Source: an uncultured Alphaproteobacteria bacterium
GTDB taxonomy: Bacteria > Pseudomonadota > Alphaproteobacteria > DATDPM01
DNA: 64,000 nt
NCBI GenBank assembly: GCA_963841995.1
Contig: CAWJEX010000004.1
Coordinates: 3,087 to 67,086, forward strand
Direction: 5' to 3'
Positions 47,517 to 59,070 of this stretch are shown here, one piece after another; position 1 is the first letter of the stretch; the number at the start of each line of letters is the position of its first letter. The position numbers and the translations under genes are program-made. The notes beneath the pieces were generated by a model. The model did not search any database. It saw nothing but the letters and a program-made list of their open reading frames with translations, and was not told the DNA's origin.

Positions 47517-48805
47517 ATCACCTCGCTGAAGGGAAGAAAATCGACGAGGTCGCCGGGCTTCACCTCGCGCACGGATTCGACGAGTTCCACCAACCCGTCG
47601 GATTCGGCGATCGCGGTCAAAATTCCGGAGCCATCCTTCGGGTGCTTGCGCGCGACCAGGCGCCCGCCGGCATCGGGCACCAATTGCGCCCGAATCCACT
47701 CCACCCGGTCGCGGTTCTTCTTGAAGGTAAAATCGGCGGGAACACGGAAAATGAGCGGCGCCGCCGGGCTCGCCCCGGCTAGGCGCAAAATGCCCGGACG
47801 CACGATCCGCAGGAAGGTCACCATGACCGCCACCGGATTTCCCGGCAGGCCGAAAAAGGCCGCGTCATGATTTTCGGCATGGACGCGACCGAAGGCGATG
47901 GGGTGCCCCGGCTTGATCGCGAGCTTCCAGAAACCGATCGCGCCCTGAGATTCGACGGCATCCCGCACGTGATCCTCTTCGCCCATGGAAACTCCGCCCG
48001 ATGTTAGGAAGAGATCATGATCGCGCGCAGCCTTGCCCAGCGCCGTGCAGATCGTTTCTTTTTCATCGGGAAGAATCCCGAGATCGGTAACGTCGCAAGG
48101 CAGAGTCTGTAACAGCGCGGCGATCCCAAAGCGGTTGGAGTCGAAGAGCGTGCCGCTGCCGGCGGGTTGCCCCGGCTCGTGCAGCTCGTCACCGGTGGAA
48201 AACAGCGCGACGCGAAGTTTTCGATAGACCGGAAGCGAAGCCAGACCCAGCGAGGCGGCAACGCCGATATCGGGCGGCAGTAAGCGCCGGCCGCGGGCCA
48301 AGATGCGCGATCCCTCGGCGATGTCTTCGCCGCGAAGCCGGACATTGGCGCCGCGCACCAGGCCCGCCGGAAATTTCACGAGGTTGCCCGCGACCACGCA
48401 ATCTTCCTGCATTGCCACCGTATCCGGCCCCGCGCCAACGTCTCCTTGAGGCAGGGCGGCGCCGGTGAAAATGCGAAAGGCAGCGCCGCGCTTGGCCGGT
48501 TCCCCGAGCGCATGACCCGCGGTAATGCGTCCGGCAATCGGCAGCGCGGTTTCGCCATCGCGCTTCAGCTCCTCGAAGCAAACGGCATAGCCGTCGACTG
48601 CGGAATTGTCGCTGACCGGCACGTCGCGCGCGGCAACGATGTCTTCGGCGAGAATTCGTCGCGTTGCCTGGCGCAAGGGCACGCGCTCGGTTTCGGCAAC
48701 CGCCTGCAATTCATGGTCGAGAAGACGCAGCGCGTCGTCGAGGCGCATCGATCCTCCGCCCGAATTGCTGCCGGGGGCGAAGCAATTGTCGTGGAGGGCT
48801 TTCAT
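47510..48805 (-). CDS. moeA: molybdopterin molybdotransferase
   Basis: MoeA N-terminal and MoCF-biosynthesis domains (FDNSAVDGYA-like SDNSAVDGYAV, GGVSMGEED). The upstream extension of the track ORF belongs to pgsA in another frame. Confidence 0.85.
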   Translation of the reverse strand: MKALHDNCFAPGSNSGGGSMRLDDALRLLDHELQAVAETERVPLRQATRRILAEDIVAARDVPVSDNSAVDGYAVCFEELKRDGETALPIAGRITAGHALGEPAKRGAAFRIFTGAALPQGDVGAGPDTVAMQEDCVVAGNLVKFPAGLVRGANVRLRGEDIAEGSRILARGRRLLPPDIGVAASLGLASLPVYRKLRVALFSTGDELHEPGQPAGSGTLFDSNRFGIAALLQTLPCDVTDLGILPDEKETICTALGKAARDHDLFLTSGGVSMGEEDHVRDAVESQGAIGFWKLAIKPGHPIAFGRVHAENHDAAFFGLPGNPVAVMVTFLRIVRPGILRLAGASPAAPLIFRVPADFTFKKNRDRVEWIRAQLVPDAGGRLVARKHPKDGSGILTAIAESDGLVELVESVREVKPGDLVDFLPFSEVMG

Positions 48806-49374
48806 GGGGCGCCCGATTCGGGCCGTGTCATGTATTTCATGCCGGCGCGCAGATAATCGTAACCGGTCACCAGGGTCAGCACCGCGGCGACCCACAATCC
48901 AGTGGTGCCGATAACGATGGCCTGGAAAATCGGCGGCGCGGCATCGCCGACGATCAGGAATCCGATGGCAACCATCTGAATGCCGGTTTTCCATTTGGCG
49001 AGCCGGCTGACCGGCACCGGCACGCGAAGCTCGGCCAGAAATTCGCGCAAACCCGAAACCAAGATCTCGCGGCAGAGAATGACGAGGGCGGGGAGCACGC
49101 TCCACCCCGCGATCCGTCCGACGGCGACCAAAAGTAGAATCACCGAAGCAACCAGGAGCTTGTCGGCGACGGGATCCAGGAAGCGTCCAAGGGCCGAAAT
49201 CTGGCGGCGGGTGCGGGCGAAATAGCCGTCGAAATAATCGGTGATGCCGGCCAGCGTGAACAGAGCGAGGACTCCCCATTTCGCGCCATTGCCCGGAACG
49301 AAGAACAGGGCGACGAGCACGGGAATAACGAGAATCCGCGATAACGTCAGCAGATTGGGAAGGCTTGTGATCAT
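48802..49374 (-). CDS. pgsA: CDP-diacylglycerol--glycerol-3-phosphate 3-phosphatidyltransferase
   Basis: CDP-alcohol phosphatidyltransferase motif DYFDGYFAR...GRFLDPVADK. Confidence 0.9.
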   Translation of the reverse strand: MITSLPNLLTLSRILVIPVLVALFFVPGNGAKWGVLALFTLAGITDYFDGYFARTRRQISALGRFLDPVADKLLVASVILLLVAVGRIAGWSVLPALVILCREILVSGLREFLAELRVPVPVSRLAKWKTGIQMVAIGFLIVGDAAPPIFQAIVIGTTGLWVAAVLTLVTGYDYLRAGMKYMTRPESGAP

Positions 49375-49422
49375 GTCAGGAACCTGGGGCGGTCGGCAGC
49401 CGCCACCGCCATTCTATCCGGC

Positions 49423-51454
49423 CTATCCGCCGCCGTGGAAGTGATCATAAATCTTTTTGGCGACGGTCCGGCTGATGCCATCGACCGCTTCGAGATCGGC
49501 AAGCCCAGCGCCGGCCACATTACGGGCCGAGCCGAAATGGTGAAGCAAGGCACGTTTGCGATTGGCGCCGATGCCCTGGATCTCATCGAGGACCGAACGG
49601 CCGATCGCCTTGGACCGCTTGGCGCGGTGGGCACCGATGGCGAAGCGATGGGCTTCGTCCCGCAGCCGTTGCAGGAAATAAAGCGCAGGGTCTTGGGGAT
49701 CGAGGCTGAAGGGTTCGCGATGGGGCAGGAAAAACCGCTCATGCCCGGCATTGCGGTCCGGCCCTTTGGCGATGGCAGCGGCGGCCATATTGGCGACGCC
49801 AAGATCGGCCAGGACTTCGCACGCGACCGAAAGCTGCCCGGCACCTCCATCAATGAGGAGCAAATCCGGCCAACGGCCGGCGGTCCGTTCCGGGTCTTCT
49901 TTCAGCGCCCGGGAGAAGCGGCGGGTTAGAACCTCGCGCAGCATGGCGTAATCGTCACCGCCTCTGGGCGCGGGGGGGTTCGCGGGCTTGCCGGGAATAG
50001 GGGGGCCGGGAACAGCCAGAATGAAAGGCTCGCCCAAGGCGTCGGTGAAACCGCTTCGCGGCGGAGCCGCGTTGCCCTTTTTGTCGCCGCCCGGCGTTTC
50101 GCCTTCCTTCTTTTGATCCAGGCCCCGGATCGTGAATTTCCGATAGGCGTTTTTGATCAGGCCTTCGGGGCCGGCGACGATCATCGCACCGACCGCATGG
50201 GTGCCGGAGACGTGGCTATTGTCATAAACCTCGATCCGCTCGGGCGGGGCCTCGAGGCCGAAGACTTCCGCCACCCGTTCCAAGAGACGGCGCTGGGTGG
50301 CGCTTTCCGCCATCCGCCGGCCGAGGGCTTCCCGGGCATTGTCGAGCGCATTGGCGACCAGTTTCTTTTTGGCGCCCCGGGTCGGACACAGGAGTTTCAC
50401 GCGCCGCCCGGCCAGGGACGACAGGGCTTCTTCGAGCACCTTGGGCTCGCCCGGCCGGTGGCTGAGCAAGACGAGGGGCGGGGGAGTGGTCCCGGCGTAG
50501 AACTGCCCGAGAAAGGCGGTCAACACCTCGGGCGCCGGAACCTGCGGATCGTGTTTCGGGAAATACGAACGGTTGCCGTAATTGCGGCCGCCGCGAAAAA
50601 AGAAAACCTGAATCGCGGTTTCACCGCCCGCTTGATAAGCGGCAATGACGTCCACATCGCCGAGCTTCGGCAAGTTGATGTCTTGCCGCGATTGGATTTG
50701 AGTCAGCGCGCGGATGCGGTCGCGAAAGAACGCGGCCCGTTCGTAATCGAGGGCCGCGCTTGCTTCGTCCATGCTTTTGGCGAGGCGCTGCTGAATATCG
50801 ACGCTCTTGCCGGAAAGAAAATCCGTCGCCTCGCGTACCAGCGCCGCGTAATCCTCGCGCGTGACTCGGCCGACGCATGGTGCCGCGCAGCGCTTGATCT
50901 GAAACAGCAGACAGGGCCGGGTGCGCGAATTGAAAACCGTGTCCGAGCAGGAACGCAGTAGGAAAGCGCGCTCCAAGGCGGCCATCGTGTCGTTGACCGC
51001 GCCGGCCGAGGCAAAAGGCCCGAAATACCGGCCTTTCCGGCCCTGGGCGCCGCGATGCTTGGCGAGCTGCGGCCATTCGTGATCGGTGATGAGAATCTGA
51101 AGGAAACGACTTGTCGTCGCGGAGCAGCACGTTGTAGCGCGGCTTCAATCGCTTGATGAGATTGCTTTCGAGAAGCAGCGCTTCGACTTCGGTATGCGTC
51201 GTCACTACTTCGAGCGTCACGGTCGCCGCGACCATGCGCTTCAGCCGGTGCGGAAGTTTGGCGATCTGGGTGTAGCTTAAAATTCGGCGTTTGAGATTCT
51301 TCGCCTTGCCGACATAGAGCGCCGCGCCCGAAACGTCTTGCATGCGATAGACGCCGGGCAGAGAAGGGAGCGTCGCCAGCGCCGCGGCGATCACGGCCCG
51401 TCCGCGCTCCAACGGTCCTGGGATTTGTTTGGTCCCCCGAATTTGTTTGGTCAT
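49423..51454 (-). CDS. uvrC: excinuclease ABC subunit C, frameshifted near 51000-51120
   Basis: The N-terminal GIY-YIG domain ([24 protein letters not shown]) is in ORF 50621..51454. The rest (UvrC cysteine-rich region, RNase H-like fold and HhH) is in ORF 49423..50985. Confidence 0.88.
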
Positions 51455-51889
51455 GGTCAGGATCTAAAAAATCTTCGTTATCGCGTGGGATCTCTCTTCG
51501 TTTTTGGTCGCCCGGCGCTCGCACGAGATCTTCGTGCAAGTAGCTAACTCGTTGATCTGCAGCGGGAACACCGTTACAAAATTGTTAATATCCACGGAAT
51601 CGGTTGATGACTCTGTTGATAACCGGGTTCTGTGATGGCTTGACCCCAGCGGAATCTTCATTCCTATGATTTGCCCATTTTCTAGGCAATTAAGCCAAAT
51701 CATTGATTCCTAAAAGAGAAGGCAAATTCTATGTGAAATTTTGATGAAATTCTGCAGTTCAGGCCGAAAAGGTAAACGATTCTCGCCGGAATTCTGCGGG
51801 TTGTGTAAAACTTCCCGCTTTCAGGCTTCTTTCGAGCGTCGCCGTTCGGCCGCCCAATCGCCGCAGGGAACCCGCGTTTTCCACCTCTC

Positions 51890-52657
51890 TTATTCTTCGG
51901 CGATGACGCCGCGGGCCTGCGCCCAGCCGAGATGCTGGCCGCCATCGAGGGTGATCAATTGGCCGGTCATCGAGGGGCAGGCGAGGATGAACCGCACTGC
52001 AGCACAGATCTCAAAGAGTTCGGCACCGCGCTGCAGCGGCATCGCCCGGCACTGTTTGTCGAATTGCTCCTGAGTCTGCCGCGGGCTCGGCAAAACCGGA
52101 CCCGGACCGATGGCATTGACCCGGATGCGCGGCGCCAGCGCCAGTGCCGAAGTTTGCGTTAACGCCCACAGCCCCACCTTGCTCACGGTATAGGAGGTGA
52201 AATAGGGCGTCAGATTCCATACCCTTTGGTCGACGATATTGATGACGGCCCCTTGCGCATTTTGCGGTAGCAAGGCGGCAAAAGATTGCGTGAGCATGAA
52301 GGGGGCGCGCAGATTGGTTTCGAGATTGAGGTCCCAGCTTTCCCGCGTCGCCGTCGCGAACTCGTCGACGATAAAACGCGAGGCGTTGTTGATCAGGCAG
52401 CCGATCGGCCCCAACTCCTTCACCGCCCGGGCAACCAGATTTTCCGCGTCGCGCGTGAGATCGGCCTCCAGGGCGATGGCGCGGCCGCCGACGGCTTCGA
52501 TCTCTGCGACCAGATCCGCGGCCTCGTTTCGCGATTCATGGTGATGGACAGCGACCGCAAAGCCGGCCTTGGCCATGTCGAGTGCAATCGCCCGGCCAAT
52601 ACGCTTCGCAGCACCCGTAACGAGAACGGTCTGGGGTCGAGGGCTCGCATCGGTCAT
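51890..52657 (-). CDS. SDR-family oxidoreductase (pteridine-reductase-like)
   Basis: TGAAKRIGRAIA Rossmann motif and the YxxxK catalytic motif (YTVSK). Confidence 0.8.
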   Translation of the reverse strand: MTDASPRPQTVLVTGAAKRIGRAIALDMAKAGFAVAVHHHESRNEAADLVAEIEAVGGRAIALEADLTRDAENLVARAVKELGPIGCLINNASRFIVDEFATATRESWDLNLETNLRAPFMLTQSFAALLPQNAQGAVINIVDQRVWNLTPYFTSYTVSKVGLWALTQTSALALAPRIRVNAIGPGPVLPSPRQTQEQFDKQCRAMPLQRGAELFEICAAVRFILACPSMTGQLITLDGGQHLGWAQARGVIAEE

Positions 52658-52737
52658 AGTCGGAGAATGGAAGAGCTGGGCCAGGTATTTCAAGGGGTCG
52701 ATATCGGCGCCCTATTTCCGGCGATTTTTCTGAGCCC

Positions 52738-53724
52738 ATGACGCCCACCCCGATTGCTGACGTCATCGACACCTGCGTTATCGGCCATGTCACCCGCGAC
52801 ATCGTGCTCGGGCCCGATGGCCAGATTCGGAGCCAAACCGGGGGCGCTGCATATTACGCCGCAACCGCGTTGGCGAGACTCGGGCTTGGCGTTCATTTGA
52901 TCACGAGGCTTGCGCCGGCAGATCAGGATTTGCTGACCGAATTGCGCGATCTCGGTATCCGCGTCACGGTCAAAGCAAGTGCCAAGACCACGGTTTTCGA
53001 AATCGGCGCGGATGGCAGCGCAAAACCGGTTTCCATCGCCAGCGCTTTCGAGCCCGGCGATCTCGACGGCGTGTCGGCGCGCGCCGTGGTCATGGACCCG
53101 CTGACCAGCCATGACAGATTCGCCGCATTTCTCGAAGCGGCGGCAAAGACAGCGCCGGTCGTGGCGCTCGATCTTCAAGGATTCGTGCGGAAGTTTCTCA
53201 TTCCCGGCGTGCCCCAGGAAAAAGTCGCGGCGGCGTTGCCGGGATTGCGCCATATCACCATCGCCAAGGCGACACTGGTTGAGGCCTCGGCGATCACCGG
53301 ACAATCGACACCGGTTGCCGCGGCGCGGGCCCTCGCCGAAATGGGCCCGCGGGAAGTCATCGTTTCGTTCGGAATCGAAGGCTCGCTGCTGCTGAGGGAT
53401 GGCAAGATCCACGCGATTCCCGCCGTTCAACCGTCGCAGCGGATGAGCATCACGGGTGCGGGCGACAGCTATCTCGCCGGCTATGTGGCGGCCAGACTCG
53501 AGGGTACGGAACCGAAAGAAGCGGCGCAATTTGGCGCGGCCTTGGCGAGTTCTCAAGATTGCGAGATCGGGGGCATTCGACGGGTCAAAGGCCGATGTCG
53601 CGGCTCTTCTTGCGCGGCAGGGCGGTTGAGCGGCATCAAATATTGCGCGGCCGCGTCGTCGATTTGTTCTTCGGGGTGCGGGTTCCCGGCTTTCCCGCCG
53701 TCGAGCGGGGGGCTTCGGGATTGA
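52738..53724 (+). CDS. PfkB-family carbohydrate/nucleoside kinase. The C-terminal about 40 aa are uncertain and overlap the convergent uvrB
   Basis: GGAAYYAA...[12 protein letters not shown] is the PfkB signature. Confidence 0.75.
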   Translation: MTPTPIADVIDTCVIGHVTRDIVLGPDGQIRSQTGGAAYYAATALARLGLGVHLITRLAPADQDLLTELRDLGIRVTVKASAKTTVFEIGADGSAKPVSIASAFEPGDLDGVSARAVVMDPLTSHDRFAAFLEAAAKTAPVVALDLQGFVRKFLIPGVPQEKVAAALPGLRHITIAKATLVEASAITGQSTPVAAARALAEMGPREVIVSFGIEGSLLLRDGKIHAIPAVQPSQRMSITGAGDSYLAGYVAARLEGTEPKEAAQFGAALASSQDCEIGGIRRVKGRCRGSSCAAGRLSGIKYCAAASSICSSGCGFPAFPPSSGGLRD

Positions 53725-55769
53725 GCCCGAGTTCGCGCGCTTCCAGCCGCTTGATTTCATCGCGAAGCCGGGCGGCCTCCTCGAATTCGAGATCGGCGGC
53801 CGCGGTTTTCATCCGGGTTTCGAGCTCGGCGATATACGACGCCAATTCGCGGCCGACCAGCTGCTGCACGTCGGCGTCTCCCGTGCCGACGGTGAAGTGA
53901 TCGGCTTCGTACACCGTCTTCAAGACGTCATTGATGGATTTCCGCACCGATTCCGGGGTGATGCCGTGGGCGGTGTTGTAGGCGACCTGTTTTTCGCGGC
54001 GGCGGTTAGTTTCCGAAATCGCGTAGTCGAGGGAGTTGGTCATGTTGTCGGCATAGAGAATCACCCGGCCGTCGAGATTGCGCGCGGCGCGGCCGATGGT
54101 TTGCACAAGCGACGTTTTCGAGCGCAGGAATCCTTCCTTGTCGGCGTCCAAAATCGCCACCAGCGCGCATTCGGGAATATCGAGACCCTCGCGGAGCAGA
54201 TTGATCCCGACCAGCACATCGAAGGCGCCAAGCCGCAAATCGCGGATGATCTCGATCCGCTCCAGGGTGTCGATATCGGAATGGAGGTAGCGGACTTTGA
54301 CGCCCGCCTCGTGGAGATATTCGGTCAAATCCTCCGCCATGCGTTTGGTCAGGGTCGTCACCAGGGCGCGCTGGCCGTTCGCGGCGACGGATTTGCATTC
54401 GGCGATCAGATCGTCGACCTGGCTTTCGATCGGCCGGATGAAACATGGCGGATCGATGAGCCCGGTCGGGCGCACGACCTGCTCGATGAAGACGCCGCCG
54501 GTGCGTTCCATCTCCCAGGGGCCGGGCGTCGCCGAGACATAGACGGTTTGCGGCCGCATCGTCTCCCATTCCTCGAATTTGAGCGGCCGGTTGTCGATGG
54601 CGGCGGGCAGACGGAACCCGTATTCGGACAAGGTTTCCTTGCGCTTGCGGTCGCCCTTGTACATCCCGCCCAGCTGCGGCACGGTTACGTGAGAACTCGT
54701 CGACAAAAAGCAGCGCGTCGTCGGGCAGATATTCGAACAGCGTCGGCGGCGGTTCGCCGGGTTTTCGCCCGGTCAGATAGCGCGAATAGTTTTCGATGCC
54801 GGGGCAACTCCCCGTCGCCTCGATCATTTCGATGTCGAAGGTCGTGCGCTGTTCCAGCCGTTGCGCTTCCAACAGCTTGCCCGCCGCATTGAATTCGGCG
54901 AGCCGCAATCGGAGGTCGATCTTCATCTGTTTGATCGCTTGATCGAGCGTCGGCTTCGGTGTCACATAATGGGTGTTGGGGAAAACCTTCACCTGGGGCA
55001 GGGCGGCTCTTTTTTCGCCGGTCAGGGGATCGAATTCGACGATGGATTCGAGCTCGTCGCCGAACAGGGAAAACCGCCAAGCACGATCCTCGAGATGGGC
55101 GGGGAACAATTCGACGACGTCGCCGCGGACCCGGAACGTGCCGCGATGAAAATCCATGTCGTTGCGGCGGTATTGGAGATCGACCAAGCGGTGCAGGAGT
55201 TCCGAGCGGCGCACACTTTGCCCGACCGCCAGCGGAAAGGTCATGCTCGAATAGACTTCGGCCTCGCCCATGCCGTAGATGCAGGAAACCGAGGCGACGA
55301 TGATGACGTCGCGGCGCTCCAGCAGCGAACGGGTCGCGGCGTGGCGCATCCGGTCGATCTGCTCGTTGATTGAGGATTCTTTTTCGATATAGGTGTCGGT
55401 GCGCGGCACATAGGCTTCCGGCGTGTAGTAGTCGTAATAGGAAACGAAATACTCGACGGCGTTTTCCGGAAAAAACGATGTCATCTCGCCGTAAAGCTGA
55501 GCGGCCAGAGTTTTATTCGGGGCGAGGATGAGGGCGGGACGTTTCAGCGCCGCGATGGCGTGAGCAACCGTGAAGGTCTTGCCGGAGCCGGTGACGCCCA
55601 GCAGCACCTGATCGCGCTCTCCGGCACGCAGGCCTTCGATGAGGGCCGCGATCGCCTGCGGCTGGTCGCCGGCGGGGGAAAATTCCGAAACGAGATTGAA
55701 TTCCGCCGGGCCGGTCGGCCGCAACAGGGCCGAACCGGGGGTTTCCATCACGACTGATGTTGAAGTCAT
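53636..55769 (-). CDS. uvrB: excinuclease ABC subunit B, frameshifted at the A5 run near 54690-54706
   Basis: The N-terminus with GVTGSGKT Walker A is in ORF 54006..55769. The C-terminal helicase and UVR domains (...[11 protein letters not shown]...[14 protein letters not shown]) are in ORF 53636..54706. Confidence 0.9.
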
Positions 55770-55918
55770 GGCCCCTTATATGCCCCCAGGCCCCGGCAGG
55801 GAAAAGGGCCCTGGCGGGGAAAAGGCCTTGTGGCCGGGAAAAGGTCCGAGGGCGAGTGTAAGGAGCCGCCGGAACCGTCGGCGATCCGCGGATTTATGTT
55901 GGGCGGGTGTTGGGCGGT

Positions 55919-56071
55919 CTAGCGGTTCTGGCTCCAGATCGGGGTGGTGCCGCCGGATATGTGGGATTCGGCGGAACTCCACGGCAGCAGGCTGAGCCCC
56001 ACCAGATAGAGCATCAGCAGACCGATGATCTTGAGTGCAATCGATGGATTTATGCGAATGTGCGGAGACAT
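55919..56071 (-). CDS. candidate small membrane protein (50 aa)
   Basis: MSPHIRINPSIALKIIGLLMLYLVGLSLLPWSSAESHISGGTTPIWSQNR has one clear TM helix and a GAGAGG ribosome-binding site about 7 nt upstream. It is not in the ORF track. Confidence 0.3.
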   Translation of the reverse strand: MSPHIRINPSIALKIIGLLMLYLVGLSLLPWSSAESHISGGTTPIWSQNR

Positions 56072-56372
56072 GACCCCTCTCTGTCGCAAATGAATACCGC
56101 AATCGTGTTGGGGCGCACTTTAGCCGGCGCATTGCGGCACCAATCCGATGCAAGTGAGGCAATACCGTGAAATTTCGTGGCAAAGCTGGGGCGCCGGACG
56201 AAATTTCCGGTCATGGCGGCTAAGCCAGCGTGATTCCTTGCGAATTGGAGTTGATCGCGCTGCACAATCCGCTTGCTTAAAGACCCAGTCGGGAGGTAAG
56301 CCTTAGAGCCGTAAAACAATAGGCGCCGGGGTGCCCAGACAGCGGTAACCGAGCGAGAATCATAGACAATCG

Positions 56373-57521
56373 ATGCTTTTTATCGCTTCACGAATCGCCC
56401 TCGTGATCGCCTGCTCCGCCAGCATGGCCGCGATCCTCTATGTTCTCTGGGCATTGTGGGCCGTGCATGCCTTTCGCCGGAAACCGGCGGCTGACGCCGC
56501 ATTCCGTCAATCGGTCACGATTTTGAAGCCGATATGCGGGCTCGATCCGGGCCTCTATGGTAATCTCCGCTCTTTCTGCGAGCAGGACTATCCCGACTGC
56601 CAGGTGATCTTCGGCGTTCGCGATCCCAACGATCCGGCGATCGCGGTGGTCGAAAGAGTCATTGCGGATTTTCCCGGCCGCGACCTCCGCTTGGTGATCG
56701 ACGACCGGGTGATCGGCGCCAATCTCAAAGTGAGCAACCTCGCCAATATGATGGCGCAGGCGAAGCACGACATCCTCGTCATCGCCGACAGCGACATGCG
56801 GGTGGGCCGCAATTATCTGAAGGCGGTCACGGCGCCCTTCGGCGATTCCCGGACCGGCGCCGTCACCTGCCTGTACAAAGGTTCGCCGGTCGGCGGCCTG
56901 CCCTCGATTCTGGGCAGCCTCTTCATCAACGATTGGTTCGTGCCCTCGGTTCTGGTGGCGCTTACATTCCAGCCGCTTCGATTCTGTTTCGGAGCGACCA
57001 TGGTGGTGCGGCGCACCGCTCTCGACGAGATCGGCGGATTTGCCGCACTCGCCTCTCATATCGCCGACGACTATATGCTCGGCAAGTTGGTGAGCGACCG
57101 CGGATACAAGGTCGACTTGGCGCCCTACATGGTGGAAAATTTGGTGCTCGAGCCGGATATGAAGACGCTGATCCGCCACGAATTGCGCTGGGCGCGGACG
57201 GTGCGGTCGGTTCAGCCTGCAGGCTACGCCTTATCGATCCTGACTCAGGCCATCCCGCTCGGGCTGCTCGCCGCGCTCATTTCCGAATTGTCTAGCCTCG
57301 GTTTGGCCCTGCTGGTGCTGGCGATTGTGGTACGAATCGTGCTTCATTATGCGGTCCGTTCGGCCTTCGGCATCAGGGGCAATGGCGCGCCCTGGCTGGT
57401 GCCGGTGCGCGATCTGCTCGGCTTTGCGGTTTGGATCGGCAGTTTCTTCGGACGCGATGTTCACTGGCGCGAGCAGGCTTTCCTCCTCGAGGCCGACGGC
57501 CAGCTGGCGATGAAAGGATAA
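56373..57521 (+). CDS. hpnI: hopanoid-biosynthesis-associated glycosyltransferase (GT2/GT21, ceramide-glucosyltransferase-like)
   Basis: Membrane GT2 fold with DSD and QxxRW-like motifs (IADSD..., RHELRWART). It sits directly upstream of hpnJ. Confidence 0.75.
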   Translation: MLFIASRIALVIACSASMAAILYVLWALWAVHAFRRKPAADAAFRQSVTILKPICGLDPGLYGNLRSFCEQDYPDCQVIFGVRDPNDPAIAVVERVIADFPGRDLRLVIDDRVIGANLKVSNLANMMAQAKHDILVIADSDMRVGRNYLKAVTAPFGDSRTGAVTCLYKGSPVGGLPSILGSLFINDWFVPSVLVALTFQPLRFCFGATMVVRRTALDEIGGFAALASHIADDYMLGKLVSDRGYKVDLAPYMVENLVLEPDMKTLIRHELRWARTVRSVQPAGYALSILTQAIPLGLLAALISELSSLGLALLVLAIVVRIVLHYAVRSAFGIRGNGAPWLVPVRDLLGFAVWIGSFFGRDVHWREQAFLLEADGQLAMKG

Positions 57522-57528
57522 TTTCTCG

Positions 57529-58954
57529 ATGCTCAAAACCCTTTTCCTCAATGCCCCGTCCTATGAGGGATTCGATGGCGGCGCCGGCTCGCGCTATCAG
57601 GCACGCCGCGAGATCAAATCCTTCTGGTATCCGACCTGGCTCGCCCAGCCCGCCGCGCTGATTCCCGGCAGCAAGCTAATCGATGCGCCGGCCCGGGGCT
57701 TGAGCATGGATGGCGTATTGCCGATGGCCCGCGACTTCGAGCTCATCGTCCTTCACACCAGCACGCCGTCCTTCGCCTCGGACGTCAAAGTGGCGGAAGC
57801 GTTCAAGGCCGAGAATCCGAAACTCATCATCGGCATGGTCGGGGCGCATACCGCGGTTTCGCCGGAGCCTTCGGTCCTGGCGTCGCCCGCCATCGATTTC
57901 GTCTGTCACAACGAATTCGATTACACCTGCCGCGAAGTCGCCGAAGGTAAACCCTTATCTGAAGTGAACGGGCTGACCTACAAGGTGGACGGCAAGGCCG
58001 TCAATACGCCGGCGCGGGCGATGATCGAGAACATGGACGATCTCCCTTTCGTGGTCGACGTCTATAAGCGCGATCTGGTGATCGAAGATTATTTCATCGG
58101 CTATCTGATGCACCCCTATGTGTCGCTGTACACCGGCCGCGGCTGCAAATCGCGCTGCACGTTCTGCCTGTGGCCGCAAACCATCGGCGGGCATCGTTAC
58201 CGCACGCGCAGCCCCGAAAGCGTCGCGCAGGAAATCGCCCAGGCGAAAAGCTATTTCCCGCAGGTGAAGGAATTCTTCTTCGACGACGACACCTTCACCG
58301 ACGATCTGCCGCGGGCGGAAGAAATCGCCCGCCATCTCGGCAAGCTCGGCGTGACCTGGTCGTGCAATGCCAAGGCCAATGTGCCTTACGAAACATTGAG
58401 AATCATGCGCGACAACGGCTTGCGGCTTCTCCTGGTCGGTTACGAAACGGGGAGCCAAAAAATCCTCAACAACATCAAGAAGGGCATGCGCACCGAATTC
58501 GCGCGGCGCTTTACATCGGATTGCCACAAGCTCGGCGTCACGATTCACGGCACTTTCATCATGGGTCTCCCCGGCGAAACCCAGGACACGATCGAAGAGA
58601 CGATCCGGTTCGCCAAGGAGATCAACCCGCACACGATTCAGGTTTCGCTGGCTGCCGCTTACCCGGGGACGACGCTCTACAAGCAAGGCGTGGAAAACGG
58701 CTGGCTGATGGATAACGGCGGAAGATTGATCGACGATCACGGCATTCAGATCAGCTCACTCAGCTATCCGCATCTGTCGCATCAAGAAATTTTCGAAATC
58801 GCTGGCGACGTTCTATAAGCGCTTCTATTTCCGTCCCAAGAAAGTGGCCGAGATCACCTTGGAGATGGTCAAGAGCCCGGAAATGATGCGGCGCCGGCTG
58901 CGGGAAGGCGTGGAGTTCTTCCGCTTCCTCGCGGAACGCGAGAATCACATCTAA
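57529..58954 (+). CDS. hpnJ: hopanoid-biosynthesis-associated B12-binding radical SAM protein, frameshifted near 58790
   Basis: CKSRCTFCLW radical-SAM cysteine motif and an N-terminal B12-binding domain. The C-terminus ...FYKRFYFRPKKVAEI...FFRFLAERENHI lies in the adjacent frame. Confidence 0.8.
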
Positions 58955-59070
58955 GTCAATTCTGCGCGCAGCGCGCAAACGAAGTTGGTCGGGAAAAAGA
59001 CGGCCGATCAACCATCCGGCCGGCACTGCTTCTTTTGAATACTACCACCCCCAGATAGTTGCCGCGGTGA

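Noticed and set aside
51603-51620. LexA (SOS) box upstream of uvrC
   Set aside because: The repeat is GTTGAT-N6-GTTGAT, not the alphaproteobacterial GTTC-N7-GTTC. It is kept only as a low-confidence observation.
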